The notes below the pieces were generated by a model, which was not told the DNA's origin, did not search any database, and saw nothing but the letters and a program-made list of their open reading frames with translations. From Proteromonas lacertae (Eukaryota), in contig NGBS01001181.1 of assembly GCA_002245135.1 (NCBI GenBank), forward strand, positions 1 through 64,000: DNA of 64,000 nucleotides. Direction: 5' to 3'. Shown here piece by piece: positions 1 through 13,825 of this stretch (the first letter of the stretch is position 1; each line of letters starts with the position of its first letter). The position numbers were made by a program, and so were the translations under genes.

Positions 1-3000
1 ATCAGAAGATTTCCATTATGTAAAGATATAATTGGATATTCATTACACTTTTACACATTAGAGAATAGAATACAGAAGTATTTTAGAAATCCAATTGATT
101 CAATGTTTTATTTAGATTATATATCAAGAAATCATCAATCAAGATATGAATTACTAAGATCTAAGAAAGCCAAATCTGTTTCTCAACCATTACAAAGACT
201 ATTCAAATAGATAATAAGAATTCTGAAGAAGTATCAGCGAATTTGGATGTTGATGGATTATTGAAAGAAATATTTAGTGTTAGTTTTATGGATGTGTATG
301 ATAAGATTCAAGATTATTTGAATAAGAATATTCAAGAATCATTTTATATAGTTCCAACCACAGTTCATATGATATTGACATTATTATTGGGAATACAATC
401 GAATTTACCAGTGATATTAGAAGGTGATCCAGGTGTTGGTAAATCAGTAACAGCTCAACATGTTTATAATGCTTTGGATATTCCAATATTCAGATTTAAT
501 TTATCACCAAATATAACAATTCAAGAATTATTTGGTAGTTTAACAATTGGATCTGATCAAAATCAAGAAAGAAAACCAGGTATAATAACAACAGAATTAG
601 AAAATCATAAAGATGATGAAGAAATAGGATTTCTATTTGATGAATTGAATTTAGCTCCATCTGATGTATTGGATGAGTTTTACACATTTATAAAATGTTG
701 TACTGATAAGAATAAAACAACATTTGATGCTCCTGGTTATGGAACAATAGAATTGCCAAAGAAAGTTAATATAATTTGTACTTTAAATCCTGCTTCAATG
801 ACAAGTAACAGATCTTCTTTATCAAGTAATTTATTAACAATTAGTTTATACCATAATGATATATCATATCAATTATCTGAATTATTGACAATAGGTAAAC
901 AAATATTAAAGCAAAGTGAAAATCCAGAAGATGGAGCTGAAGATATAGAAAAGTTCAATCAAATAATCAATCAATTATTTGAACAATCCTTAAGACTTGG
1001 AAAACAAATAGGTATTGGATTTACATTGAGAGAACCAATCAAAGCAATAGAAGTGTGGAGAAGTTTTGATATAAAAGCTGATATAAAAGCAGCTTTATGG
1101 TTGACATTTGGATGTAAATACAATCAGTATGATATTCAAGAAATTGAGAAAAGTTTTATCAATCAATAATAAGATGGATATAAAACTGATAGGTAAAGAA
1201 GAAAATACATTATTAACAGGTCCTTGGTCAATTCCATTCTCAAAAGAATCTTGTGGATTTGATTTTAATCAATTTACAACCTCAGAAAAATCCTTAGCTT
1301 ATAAAATAGCTTTATCATATATATCCAAAAGAGCAGTGATATTATATGGTCCATCTCCATCTGGCAAAAGTTATGTATTAAGAAGATTAGCAGAATTATA
1401 TAATCAGACATTGATAGTTGTTCCATTGAATAGTGAAAGTACAAGTTCTTTATTGATAGGTAGAATGGAATTAGTTTCATGTGGGGAAGAAAAGAAAACT
1501 TCATTAGAGTTTAAGAAAGGTCCATTATTAACAGCTATAGAAAAAGGATGTTGGATAGTAATAGAAGATATAAATCTAGCAAGTGGTGATATTTTGGAAA
1601 GATTAAACTCATTATGTGAAGAAAATCCAGAATTGAAAATAACTGAATATAATGGTGAAAATGGAGATGAAGAAATAAGATATACAAGAGATAATCCCAA
1701 AGCTGAATATAGAATTCATGATAATTTCCGAATTTATTTCTCTTTTTCAACAACCAATCTAGCAACAATTCCAGCTCCATTGTTAAGTCGTTGTATAGAG
1801 ATATATGCTAATCCATTAAACACAGTAGAATCTGCTCAAGAATTGTGTTATATAAAAGAGAGAGAAAATGAAGTGAAATGTTTTGGAAAAGAAATTCCAA
1901 TCAATTTCAGAAATATACTGAGATATTTGAATAATCCAAATGATGAAAGTTATGAATTTGAATTTCATATGAGAAGAGAATCAAAATATCCAATATTAGT
2001 AAAACCACCAGAAACTAATACATCAAATATAAGTATATTAATCAAAGATTGAAAGATAAGAATGTTGATAAAATTGAAGATTTGATAGAACAAGTAATGA
2101 ATGATAGTATATTGATGTTTAACAGGAAAGGAAGTAATAGTGAACATTCCCAAATATACCAAATAATTAATTCTAACTACACATCATCATTATTGTATTA
2201 TCCACTTTATCAGATATATTCAACAGTGAATAAGAATTTTGGTAAAAATACAACAATAATTGAATGTAATCCAAATCTTCAAAGATGGATTTTATTCAAA
2301 TACTTCAAACTATCTTCATCAGACAAGATGAAATATATTCACAAATGTCCTTTGATTGATATAGAAGATAGTGAAATAACAAAATTGAAAGAATATTATA
2401 AATTCAAAAAAGATTCAGATGAATTGTTGTTATGTTATATAATAGGTAAAGATAAAGTATTATTGAATAATAAAGATTCTCAATGGAATAAATATCAAAA
2501 TGTGTTTAGTGATATAATTGAAAAGATAGATGAATTAGGTCCAATAGAAGTAATAGAGAATATAATAAACAAAACACTTCGATTATTGAAAGGTTATTCA
2601 TCAAATATATCAAGAAGACCAAAAGAAAACACAGGAATGACTGATTTATTATTTAATGATATTCAAAGAATATATGATGAATTTGATGAAGCAATGAAAG
2701 ATACAAGTTTAAAACTGAATAGATTCTATGGAATGGATAAATATTTTGAAGAATATTCTACATTTTATACTGATATGAAAGATTTAAAAGCAATATCTAT
2801 GATAAGAGAACATGAAAAAGACAAAGACAAATGAATTATAACAAAATCAAAAGAGAATTAACAAAAATAAAGAATGGATTTGAAATGGATTTTGAAGAAG
2901 AAAACAATGTAATATTAGAAGGAATAGATGATGATGCTTATAATTTATTAAAAGATATAAAACAAATAAAAGACACAATAATCGATTATCATCAAATTCA

Positions 3001-6000
3001 AGATAAAGAAGCAAGATTGTATTTAGAATGTAGTCATTTCTTATATGCTTTAGAAGTGTCAAATACAGCATCAGCAATAGTTCAATATTATGAATTATTG
3101 AGAGAATTAGAAATATCAAAAGATAAGTTAATTCATGATTTTGAGAATTTTGAAGTAATGAAAGAATCTTTAGAAATATATGTGACAGCTAGAATCAATT
3201 ATTATGCTAAAACTGTAGATTTGAATTATTATTATTCCATAATTAAAGAAGCTCCATTTTATATTCATGGATCTGTAACTCAAGAACAATTAGATAGTGC
3301 AATAAATACTTTATTAGATAATGATTGGATTATACCAAAGAAAAAAAGAAATGATGATGGTAAAATGGAAATGGATTTATCACACATAACTGATAAATGT
3401 AATACAGATTATTATGAAGATAAATTAGAATTACAAGCATTGAGAATCATTAGATATGTAGAAGAAGAAAATGAAAGAGAATTGGATTTACATAAGATAT
3501 TATCATTAGAACCATACAATTACACAAGTAAATGTGAACCAGGAACAATAGTATCATCATCTGATTTAAAGTATGAATATCAATTAAAGAATTATAATAT
3601 GAAAAGTGAACCTTTGTTTTATATCTATGAAGGAATATATTTTTCTTCACTGCCATTTCATGATAAATTAGTTTTAATATGTCCATTATTACACAATGAA
3701 TTATCAGATATTGTGTTAGAAATATTGAGTGAAATATCATTGAAAGATTTCTTTAAAACAAATCCTATTCTAAAATCAATAGATGATATAATTCCAAAAA
3801 CAGATGAATATCTTCAAAATGAATATAAAAATGGAATAGAAGGAATAGATCAGAAGATAAAGAGATTAGAAAAAGAGTATAATGAATTGAAGAATAATAA
3901 AAACAAATTAGAAAATAATTATAAACAAATGGAAGATAAATTAAAAAGAGATGCTAAAAAAGCTGTTAAAAGAGAAAATAAAGAATTTGAAAAGAAATAT
4001 GGATCAATAGAATCAATAGAGAAAGCTAAGAATTATATTTTGACATTATATTATCATGAATCAATAAATCATATGATTGAAAAGACTAATTCATATGAAT
4101 CAAATTTAGCAGATTTTATCAAGTCAAAATTAAACAATATAGAACCAGATTCTATTTATTTCAAAGTTGTTATTTTCAGATATTCAAAAAATTCCAGTTT
4201 CAAATTTAAACTTCATTGTGGTGATGATTCTATATTGGGATTTACAAATCATGAAATAAATATTAAAGAAGGATGGGGAGATTGGATTAAAAGTAAAGTT
4301 GGTTTAAGTAATGAAAGAAAAGAATTATATGTTGTTTTGCCATTATCAACTTATGATGTGAATGTTGAAATAACAAAGAAATATGGTGCTGTGGAAATTG
4401 AATATAAATATTATCCATTTAATTCAGATAATACAAGTGATTATGTCTCTCGTTCTTTGATGTTGAATATGATAAAATTCTGTAAAGAAAATAAGATTAG
4501 ATATGCAACTGATTTTAATAAAGAATTGTTTAATGAATATTCATTCTTATTTAAAGGTGGAAATAAATCTGGAAGCTCAAATAAAGGTTATAGATTATAT
4601 TTATTTGATAATAATTATGGATATAATGGAATTAATCTACATAATTCATATTTTGATTCAGATATAAACATATTTCCTATTAACCAAATGTTCACTTACT
4701 TTAAACTTTCAAATTGTATTTCAATACCAAGAAATGCACCAAAAGCAAATGAAGTTGAAATGAGTAGTTTAACAGAAGATATATATAAAATATTTATCAA
4801 AAAGTCGTTTGCTTCTGTAAATGATTATTATTCATATATCTCATATTCCAAAAAGTATCAAAAAGGAATTAGAAATGATTTTGGAGGTATAATAGATGAT
4901 ATTAATAATTGTCAAAAGGAGATTAATGAAATTGAAAGAATATATTCAATAAAGGATCATGAATTAGAAAATACTAAGAAAGAAAAACAGAGAATTATAA
5001 AACCAAAACCAATACAATCAAAAGTGTTTATTCCAGAAGGATATGTATATAAAAGAGATAATTCAAAGTCAAAGAAAGATAAAATGAATTTAGCAAATGT
5101 AATTTTTATTACGAATATTAAAGATCATGAATTTATTCTTCCTGAAGATGATTATATTGAATTACCTCCATTAGTCAAATCAAGATCTAATCCAATTATA
5201 ACAATTCCAATAATAAATCCATCTAACATCAATATATCTGTTGAATCAAAGAAATGTCATGTAAGAATAACACCATCAAGTGAATTAGAAATAATGATTG
5301 ATAATCCAGAAGTAGGAGAAATAGAAATACCAATAAAAATATCAATTCCAAACAAGTCAATTGAAATGAAAGTGAAATTTGAAGTGAAAGAATATGATGG
5401 TGTTTTTTTCACAAATTATCAATGTGGAATTGATTCAAGTTATCTAAACAGATTAATCTATACATGTAAGTATTATGATCCTCCATTTGAATTAACTTGG
5501 TTTGATGAAAAAGGAAAACATACAAAACAACACAATAGAGGTTATTATTCCTCTAAAATGGAAGTTGATGATCATTATTCTGTTTACCATGTTAATTATT
5601 TAAATCAACCATTAGGTTTTAAATTTATTGGCAAAAAAGGAAAATGGAAATTATATAATCCTTATTTAGAATCTCCATTAAATGATATTGTTGGTTTGCC
5701 AAAAGATATAGTTGATGTAGATGAAAAATTAAATCAAATACAACAAAAGAATAGTTTGACAGAATATGTTAATGGTTTAAAGAATATATTCTTATCAAAA
5801 CTATCAAATAATGAAGATGTAAGTGATAAAGTAAATCAAATAATTTCCTATTTATATCATATATCAGTTAACAAAGAAGATTATCTGAATAGTATATTCA
5901 GATTAGTAAATGATAATCTTCAATACATAAACACTCAAAATCATCCATTAATATGGAAAGACAAACGAGAATTAGGAAATGAAGTGAGAAAGAATATAAA

Positions 6001-9000
6001 CAATCCGCAAAATGATAGAAAGAAAGCAGTTGCTGAAATAAAACAGAATGAGAATATTACATTATTAACAAGAGTTAATAAAGGTGATAATAACAATGGA
6101 AAAGGAAAATTAGTGAAATTGGGTAATAGAGAAAGAGATAATGATATGAAAATGATAATAAGTGCTTTTATAGGTGATATGAATCCTGAAATAGAAGATG
6201 AAGCAAATGAAGAAAATGAGAATGAGATGAATGAAGAAGATGTAGAAAGACAGAAAGATAATTTGAGAGATATGAATGTAAGAGATATATTAGAACATTT
6301 CAAAACTATGACATTAGATGAATATTTCAAATCAATAGATGAAAGAAGAAATGATAAAGATGCAACAAAGATAATGAAATTGAAAGAAGAAGAGAATAGA
6401 CTTCCATCATCAGAATTTAAACCAATCAATGAAATTGATACTAATATGATGAAAGAATATAGAAAATCATTATTGAAATATGTTTATTATATGACAAATG
6501 AAATAAGAAATCTAAATTCAATGAAAGAAAATCCATTACAACTGATTCAAACATTGACAATAATAATTGATACATCATTTACACATAAGAAATACAAAGC
6601 CAGATTAAGATCATTAACAGCATGTATATTATTATTGATTTGTAAAGAGTTGAATATATCAACCCAAATATTAGCATCATTATCACATGGTCAATGTATA
6701 TCAATAGCTGAATATAAAGAAGATTTATATATAAAAATGAGTCGAATATTTGATTTAGAAGGAGTAGAGAAAATGCCTTCAACTCCATTAGATGTATTTT
6801 CATATCCTGAAGACACACCAACAAATAATCCAAATTATGATCATATGTATATAATAGTAAGTGATTGTTTTTCAGAACAATTATTAACATCCAATGATGA
6901 TGTATGTAATTTCATAAGAAGTAATTTGAAAGTATTATTTTTGATGAGAATAAATGGAAATAATGATCATCCAGATGAATTATTATCACCAGAAAATTGT
7001 AACAAGATAAATCAATATATAGAATCTAATTTTACATCAAATAACAATATAATGATTGATAATGAAAGATGTTTTGAAGATATGAAATATTTTGTGAAAT
7101 TATATCCTTTCTTCTATTCTGAAAGAGTAATAGAATATAATATACCAAAAGATATAAAACCCCAATCCAATCCAAATATAAATGATAATTCAAAATCAAT
7201 AGGAATAGGATTATATGAAGTAAAAGAAAAAGATATATATGCAGTTTTAATTGATGATAGTAAATATGATGGAAATACAATAAAACTACCAGCTGTTGGT
7301 GATAAAGATTTAGATTTCATAAGTCATGGAAATGGTAATGTTGTATTACATAAATATTTGACAGAGAATATAAAGAGTAATTTGTTATTTTATCCATTGA
7401 ATTCTTCTTTAACAATTCCAAACAAACCAACAACATGGATAGCTAGTGTATCTGGAACATCAATTCATTTTCAGAATTTCATAAAGTTCATAATAACAGG
7501 AATAAGTGATGGGAAATTATTCAAAAAGAAAACAGGAAATAAGATAAGATCTTACAGTTTATCAATAGTGTTAGATGCATCTTCATTCACAATGAGTCCA
7601 ATCCAATATATCTCATACATTAAAGACATTTTATACCTTATTAAGAGGAATATGTGAAGTGAATGTTCCAGCCATAGATATTTGGATTGCAACTGATCAA
7701 ATAAACAAAATAGGAACAGGTTTAAACTCAACCTGATGCTTGGAGTCCAATAATAATGAGTTCAATAAATCAGATAGTAGAATTATGTAAAGATCATCCA
7801 ATTGAAGTGACTTGTTTATGTGAAACATTACAATATTCAATAGCAACTTGTACATCCAGACCATATAGTCCAATAGTATTTGTATTAACCAATAACAATA
7901 TGATGAATAAAGAAATGAAGATAAGATTGAAAGAAGTGATAAAATCAACTGATTGTAATATAATCGGAATGGGAGTTGGATATAATTTATATGTTGATAA
8001 TATGAAGAATTTATTCCCTCATTATTTATGGAGTTATAATCCTGATAATTTAGACAAAGTAATATCTTCAATGAGTAATCCAATAATGAAGATGAAAGGA
8101 AATACTCAAAATTATCCATTTGAAGATGGTTCAATCAATGATTTAACAATGCCAATTCCAATAATGGATGAAATAATGGTGAAATTTATAAGTGAATTAT
8201 ATTCTGTATATGAATTTAGAGCTAAGTTCTTTAATGTATTAAAAACCAGAGATGGTGATATAAATGCTTTAGAAGAGAATGTGGCAAGTAATGAATATGA
8301 TTTAGGTAAAGATGGTGCATTTAAAGGATTTAATGTATTGATAGTGATATTATATTTATGTCGTGGAATAAGAGATTCAATAACAGAAAATATAATAGAT
8401 CCAGATATAACTGATGCTATATTACAGAATGGAAAAGCTGATGAAAAAGGAGTAAATCATAGTCCAGTAAAGAAACTTGAAGAAAAAGGCTTTAGAGTGT
8501 TAGTAGTTTATGATTATTATACAGCAATTCAAGAAATAGCTACAAAACAATATAGAAGTGTAATAGTAACATGTAGTGATGGAACAGGAGTATTTCCTAA
8601 AGAAGCAGCTAATACAGAATTTGGTTATTTATATTCATTTATTGATGTATTGAAAACAGTTTTATGAATGTGGAGGAGGTATATTTTGGATGTTAGAAAA
8701 CTATCCATATACTTATGAAGCAGATATATTCTTTGAGAGAGTATATGGAATAAAAGAATTGTGTAAAGATGTGAATATAGCTGGTGGAAAGACAATGAGT
8801 CGAGATGTAAATGCAACAGCAGGTCATTTCTTAACAGTTGGACAAGATGCATTCCAATTTAATATAAACAATTTGAAGATTGATACAGGTTTGAAATATA
8901 TATTTGAAGGTAAAACTTTGGCTTGTTTGGATGAACCTGCTGTAGAAAGAATAGGATTTAAGAAGTTTGCATGTGAATCAACAGGTAAAGCTTCAATAAT

Positions 9001-9955
9001 GTTGAAAGAACAAGAAGGAAATAAAGGTAAAATGGTGATAGATACAGCTTCAACGAAATTATTTTTAGAATTCACAAGTGATGGAACAAGTAGATGGATT
9101 AGTAATGCTGTTGTTTGGTTATTGAATATTGATAGTTATTTCTCATGTAATAGATTCAATGGAAATATTCCAAATACTTTACCAATTCAAGTTGATATGA
9201 GTAAGATAAAAATTGATAATTCATATTCAAAAAGAGAAAAAGTAGTATTAAAACCAATAAATTTCTGTTTGTCTGTTGTGATGGATTGTACTCCATCAAT
9301 GGGACCTTATATTGAAAGTACAAAGAATCTTATTATGTCATTATTCAATGAATTGAATGAAATAAAAAGAAAAGCAGGTGTTGATGCTTCATCAAAGATA
9401 TGTGCACAATTCGTTGGATATGGTGATTTTGATGGTTCTACAGGTAGAGTAGATGGGAGTAGATGTATTTACAAACAATCTGGAGTTATGGAGGATATTT
9501 CAGCATTAGTAGAGTTTATGAGAGATGTAAAAGATGAAGCAGAGTTTGGTTGTGATGCAATAGAAGATTTGAATGATGGTTTTGATTGTGCTGTTAATAA
9601 TATAAGATATTTAACAGATGATTATAAACATATGATATTAGTTGCAGGAGATTATCCAGGTCATGGTGATGCAAATGGAATTAAAGCTATACATGATGAT
9701 TATTCTACAATACATCCAATTAAAAGAGTAAGTTGGGATATTTTTTGGAGTGACGTATGTGATAGATTAAAAAAAATAGATGCTGATGTTCATTGCTTAT
9801 GTATAGGTGATTATGGTATTTCAAATACAATGGATAGAATAAGAAAACTCTATCCAAAAGTTAAAGATTATCGAACAAATGATGCTTCACAGTTTTCCAG
9901 AGTAATGAGAGAAGCAATAGTATGTCAATACAAAGCATATGTAGGAGTTTCATAA
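1..9955 (+). CDS. Giant midasin-like AAA+ ATPase with three vWA domains and an extra C-terminal domain (5'-truncated, apparently intronless, seven single-base frameshifts)
   Basis: ORFs 243-1169, 1108-2052, 2049-2834, 2831-7657, 7756-8667 and 8690-9955 join after +/-1 nt corrections. AAA modules: GDPGVGKS/FLFDELNLA/TLNP/FTLRE and GPSPSGKS/GPLLTAIEKGCWIVIEDINLA..ILERLNSLCE/HDNFRI/LLSRC. An acidic stretch is followed by vWA-like IIIDTS, midasin-type KLFKKKT..IRSYSLSIVLDAS, and terminal vWA VVMDCTPSM. Confidence 0.75.
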
Positions 9956-10115
9956 AATTTTCAACTATTTTCTATTGTTTTTATTCTTCTATTAACATTT
10001 AAGTTGTATGACATTTTTATGATGTTGTGAAAGAAATTTAAAAATAAAATACATATTTGATTGATATAATCAATCAAGCCAAAAGAAAAAGCTTGATCTA
10101 GATTTTTCTTATTCT

Positions 10116-12671
10116 ATGCCTTATGAAGTGTTAGAGCAGATTGAAAGAGGTCCAGCTGGTAATATATATAAGGTAAAATGGAATGGACAATTTGCATTAG
10201 TGAGAAAGGATAAGATTCTAAGAGATCATGGTGCTGATAAGTTTGAGGAGGAAGTATGGTTATAAACATAATATTTCGAATAGATAAATATCGTTAATAG
10301 TTGTAATAATCCATACATTATAAAATACTATGATTCTTTTGTAGAAACAGATGAATATGATAAAAAATGGTTTTGCGTACTAATGCAATACTGTCCAAAA
10401 TCAATACCAGTACTTATAAAAGAAAAGAAAGAGAAGGGTGAGTATCTTAGTAACACAGAAATATTATACTATCTTGTAGAGATATTAAATGCATTACATT
10501 ATTTACAAGAGAATCATATAATTCATAGTAATTTAAAACCAGAAAATATCTTATTATCTGAAGATAATCATTGTATATTACAAGATTTTTCATTAGCTGA
10601 ACATTATAGTAATTTAACTACAATAAAGTCTACATTAGTCGGTACACCATTATATATGGCTCCAGAGATGGTAATAGATAGGAAATTCCATATAAAATCA
10701 GAGAGTTGGTCATTAGGTTTAATTTTATATGAATTATGTACTTTAGAGAGTGTTTATGATCAAATAGTAACATTTGCTGATAGAAATAAGTTATATTCCA
10801 CACCATTTGATATATTGAAGTGTAATTATCCAAAATATATAGATAAAGGGATTGTTGATATAATACATATGTTGTTAAAACGAATTCCTGATGAAAGACC
10901 ATCAATTGATGATTTGATATATAATAATTCATTAATTAAGCCATTCTATAATTCAATCACAACAAATTCTACTACTGACATATCAATAATAAAAACAGAA
11001 TTAAAGAATGAAGAAAATAACAGTATTCATAAATATATAACACTCTTAACAATAAAAAAAATACCAAATGGAAATGTATATAAAGTGATATGGAATGATA
11101 AAGAAGTTGTGTTGAAAAAAGAAGAATTAAATGATAAAAATGATATTGATAAGTGGAATAATGAAATAGAAATATTAAAGACATGCAGTTCTCCATATAT
11201 AATTCATTATTATGATTGTTTTAAAGAGAAAAGTATTGAAAAAGATGATAAATACAATTATTGCATTTTTATTCAATATTATCCGCAATCATTAAGAGAT
11301 GTTATAAATAAGGTAAAAAAGGAGAATAAATATTTATCCTTTGAAGAAATAATGAAATATTTCAATGAAATTTTATTGGGATTAGAATATTTACATAATC
11401 ATCACATATTATATCTTAATTTAAAACCAGACAATATATTAATAACAAATGATAATCATTGTGTATTATCAAACCTTAGAAATTCAAAATCAGTAGATAA
11501 TTTGGATAGTTTAGTTGAAGAAGAGATAAATGATATAGATAATATTCAATTATTATATTATTTATCACCTGAACAGATTGATAATAAACCATTCAATTCA
11601 AAAAGTGATATATTTTCACTTGGTTTATTGTTATATGAAATGTGTAACAACGAATCATTATTTAATAATATTAATACATTTGAAGAATTAAATAAAATAA
11701 TTCATACACCGTATAATGAATTGAATAAACCATTATTATCATCTTCATTATCTAATAATAATAATAATAATAATATGATAATAATAATAACAGAGTTACT
11801 ATTACATTTATTGAAACAAAATCCAAATGAAAGACCAACAATTGAACAAATTAATAGACATTTAATAGTTAATCCAATAACACATAAATATGAGAGAATT
11901 AATACAATAGGATATAATGCAAATGGAGCTACTTATAAAGTGAAATGGAATAATCAATTAGTAGCATTGAAGAGAGAAAGAGTAAAAACAGATAGTGATA
12001 TTGAATATTATAAACATGAAGCTAATATTATAAAGTCTTGTAGTAATGAATATATCGTTCATTATTGTGATTCATTTATTGATACTGATGAAAAAGGTAA
12101 TAAATGTTATAGTATATTGATGCAATATTGTTATAAATCACTGGATCAATTGATAAAGAATTGTAGAGATAATAATAATAAAAATGATTATTTCAATAAT
12201 GAAATGATTAAGATATATTTTAGAGAAATATTGATTGGAGTTAAGTATTTACATAGTAAAGATATTATTCATTGTAATATTAAAACGACTAATATTTTAT
12301 TAACTGAAGATCATCATTGTGTTATAAAAGGTTTTTCTGATTCTGTGATAATTAGTGAAGTTGATGAGAATGTAAAGTTAAAAAGAGAGAATTATAGTAT
12401 ATATTCATCTCCTGAAGAGATTAAGATGAATATTGTGAGTAAAAAGGGTGATATATGGTCTTTAGGGTTGATATTGTATGAATTATGTAGTTTAAAGCCA
12501 TTATTTAGTAATATTGAGGAAATAAGATCAATAGAGAATTGTTTATCAGAGAGTGTAGTTAAATGTATAAAAGAAGTTGATAAAAAAGAATTTGTAAGTA
12601 TAATTATGAATTGTCTGAATGTAAATCCAGAAAAAAGACCACCGATAGAAGAAATAATGAAAATGACATGA
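10116..12671 (+). CDS. Triple NEK-like pseudokinase (three tandem kinase folds)
   Basis: ATG 10116, 30-nt intron 10254-10283, then ORF to 12671. Catalytic loops are HSNLKPEN, YLNLKPDN and HCNIKTTN; DFG positions read DFS, NLR and GFS. APE/SPE and WSLG/FSLG-type motifs are present. Confidence 0.85.
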
Positions 12672-12781
12672 AATACTAATATAATTGTTTATTTTTGATG
12701 TTTTTTTGAGCTGTTCCAAATTCTTTGAATATAGAGTTGTTTCCTATCATTCAATTTTGTATTTTTTGCTGTTTATCAATA

Positions 12782-13640
12782 ATGAGATCTTTACTGCTTA
12801 TTTGCTTATTGTCAGTTGCATTATGTGGATGTCCAAATAACTGTAATAGTCATGGAAAGTGTGTTAATGGAGAGTGTCAATGTTTTCGTTCAACTGGATT
12901 AGAAACTATTGTTAGTGGTAATACCGATTTGAATATCGAATCTTATTATGGGTAAGATTGTTCAAGAAGTATTTTTTTTATTTATTTGATTAGAAATGTG
13001 TCCAATGGGTATTACCTTTGGTAGTATTGGTGAAACAGGATATAAAATTAATTTAGATGGAACACCAACTGCTGTTCCAAACAGAAGAATGGATGATCAA
13101 TTAGTTAAAGGAGATGTTGGTAAACCTACTTCTGATGTTCCAGATCATCATATGTATGCTGAATGTAGTGGAGCTGGTTTATGTAATTCAGAAACAGGTG
13201 TTTGTGAATGTTTTGATGGATTTGAAGGTAAAGCTTGTCAAAGAATGTCTTGTCCAAATAAATGCAGTGGAAAAGGCAAATGCGTTCCAATTAGTGAAGC
13301 TGTTGGATTAGGAAGTGGTGCTATTATAGATTATTTTGGTTTTAATGGAAGAGTTAAAAGTGATAAAACACAACTTAAAGATAATGATTCTGAAGCTAAA
13401 TTCTTTGGTTGTTTGTGTGATAAAGGTTTCAGAGGTTCAGACTGTTCATTGAGAGAATGTCCATCAGGAGAAGATCCACAGAAAGCAACAAATACAAAAG
13501 ATGCTGATGGTGCACTTAATCTTAAAGTTGAACAAAGAGATTGTAGTGGAAGAGGTACTTGCAATTATGAAACAGGCGAATGTCAATGCTTTGATGGATA
13601 TAGTGGAGCTAGCTGTAGTTCTATGACAACGTTCATGTAA
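12782..13640 (+). CDS. Secreted EGF-repeat protein resembling stramenopile tubular mastigoneme proteins; in-frame TAA at 12953-12955
   Basis: Signal peptide MRSLLLICLLSVALCG; CPNNCNSHGKC; 25-nt intron 12969-12993; HMYAECSGAGLCNSETGVCECFDGFEGKACQRMSCPNKCSGKGKC; GSDCSLRECPSGEDP; RDCSGRGTCNYETGECQCFDGYSG. Confidence 0.75.
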
Positions 13641-13825
13641 ATAATTAAGAAAATATGTACAATTGATATTAAAACTTAGAAATTATATATTTTTAATATT
13701 AAATATATATTATTATATGTTTTAAAACATAATATCATCATATTTATCAGCTAAAATACAATATTTTTAGTTTTTATTCTTTACACCCGAAAACCATAGT
13801 ATTTACACCGAATAGATATTAAAAA

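Noticed and set aside
2049..2834. Bacterial-type operon with overlapping ATGA/TTGA stop-start junctions
   Set aside because: Motifs and domains run across junctions, there are no Shine-Dalgarno signals, and the context is intron-rich eukaryotic DNA.
5941..6429. Antisense ORFs (also 44555-44857, 54191-54703, 55541-55903, 59812-60192 and many short ones)
   Set aside because: Shadow frames of Lys/Glu-rich or conserved genes, giving low-complexity F/S/L translations with no motifs.
190..8670. Euplotes-style programmed ribosomal frameshifting (AAA-TAG at 205-210, AAA-TGA at 2829-2834)
   Set aside because: Shifts go in both directions, lack a common motif, and the best repair points mostly lie upstream of the stops; indels are simpler.
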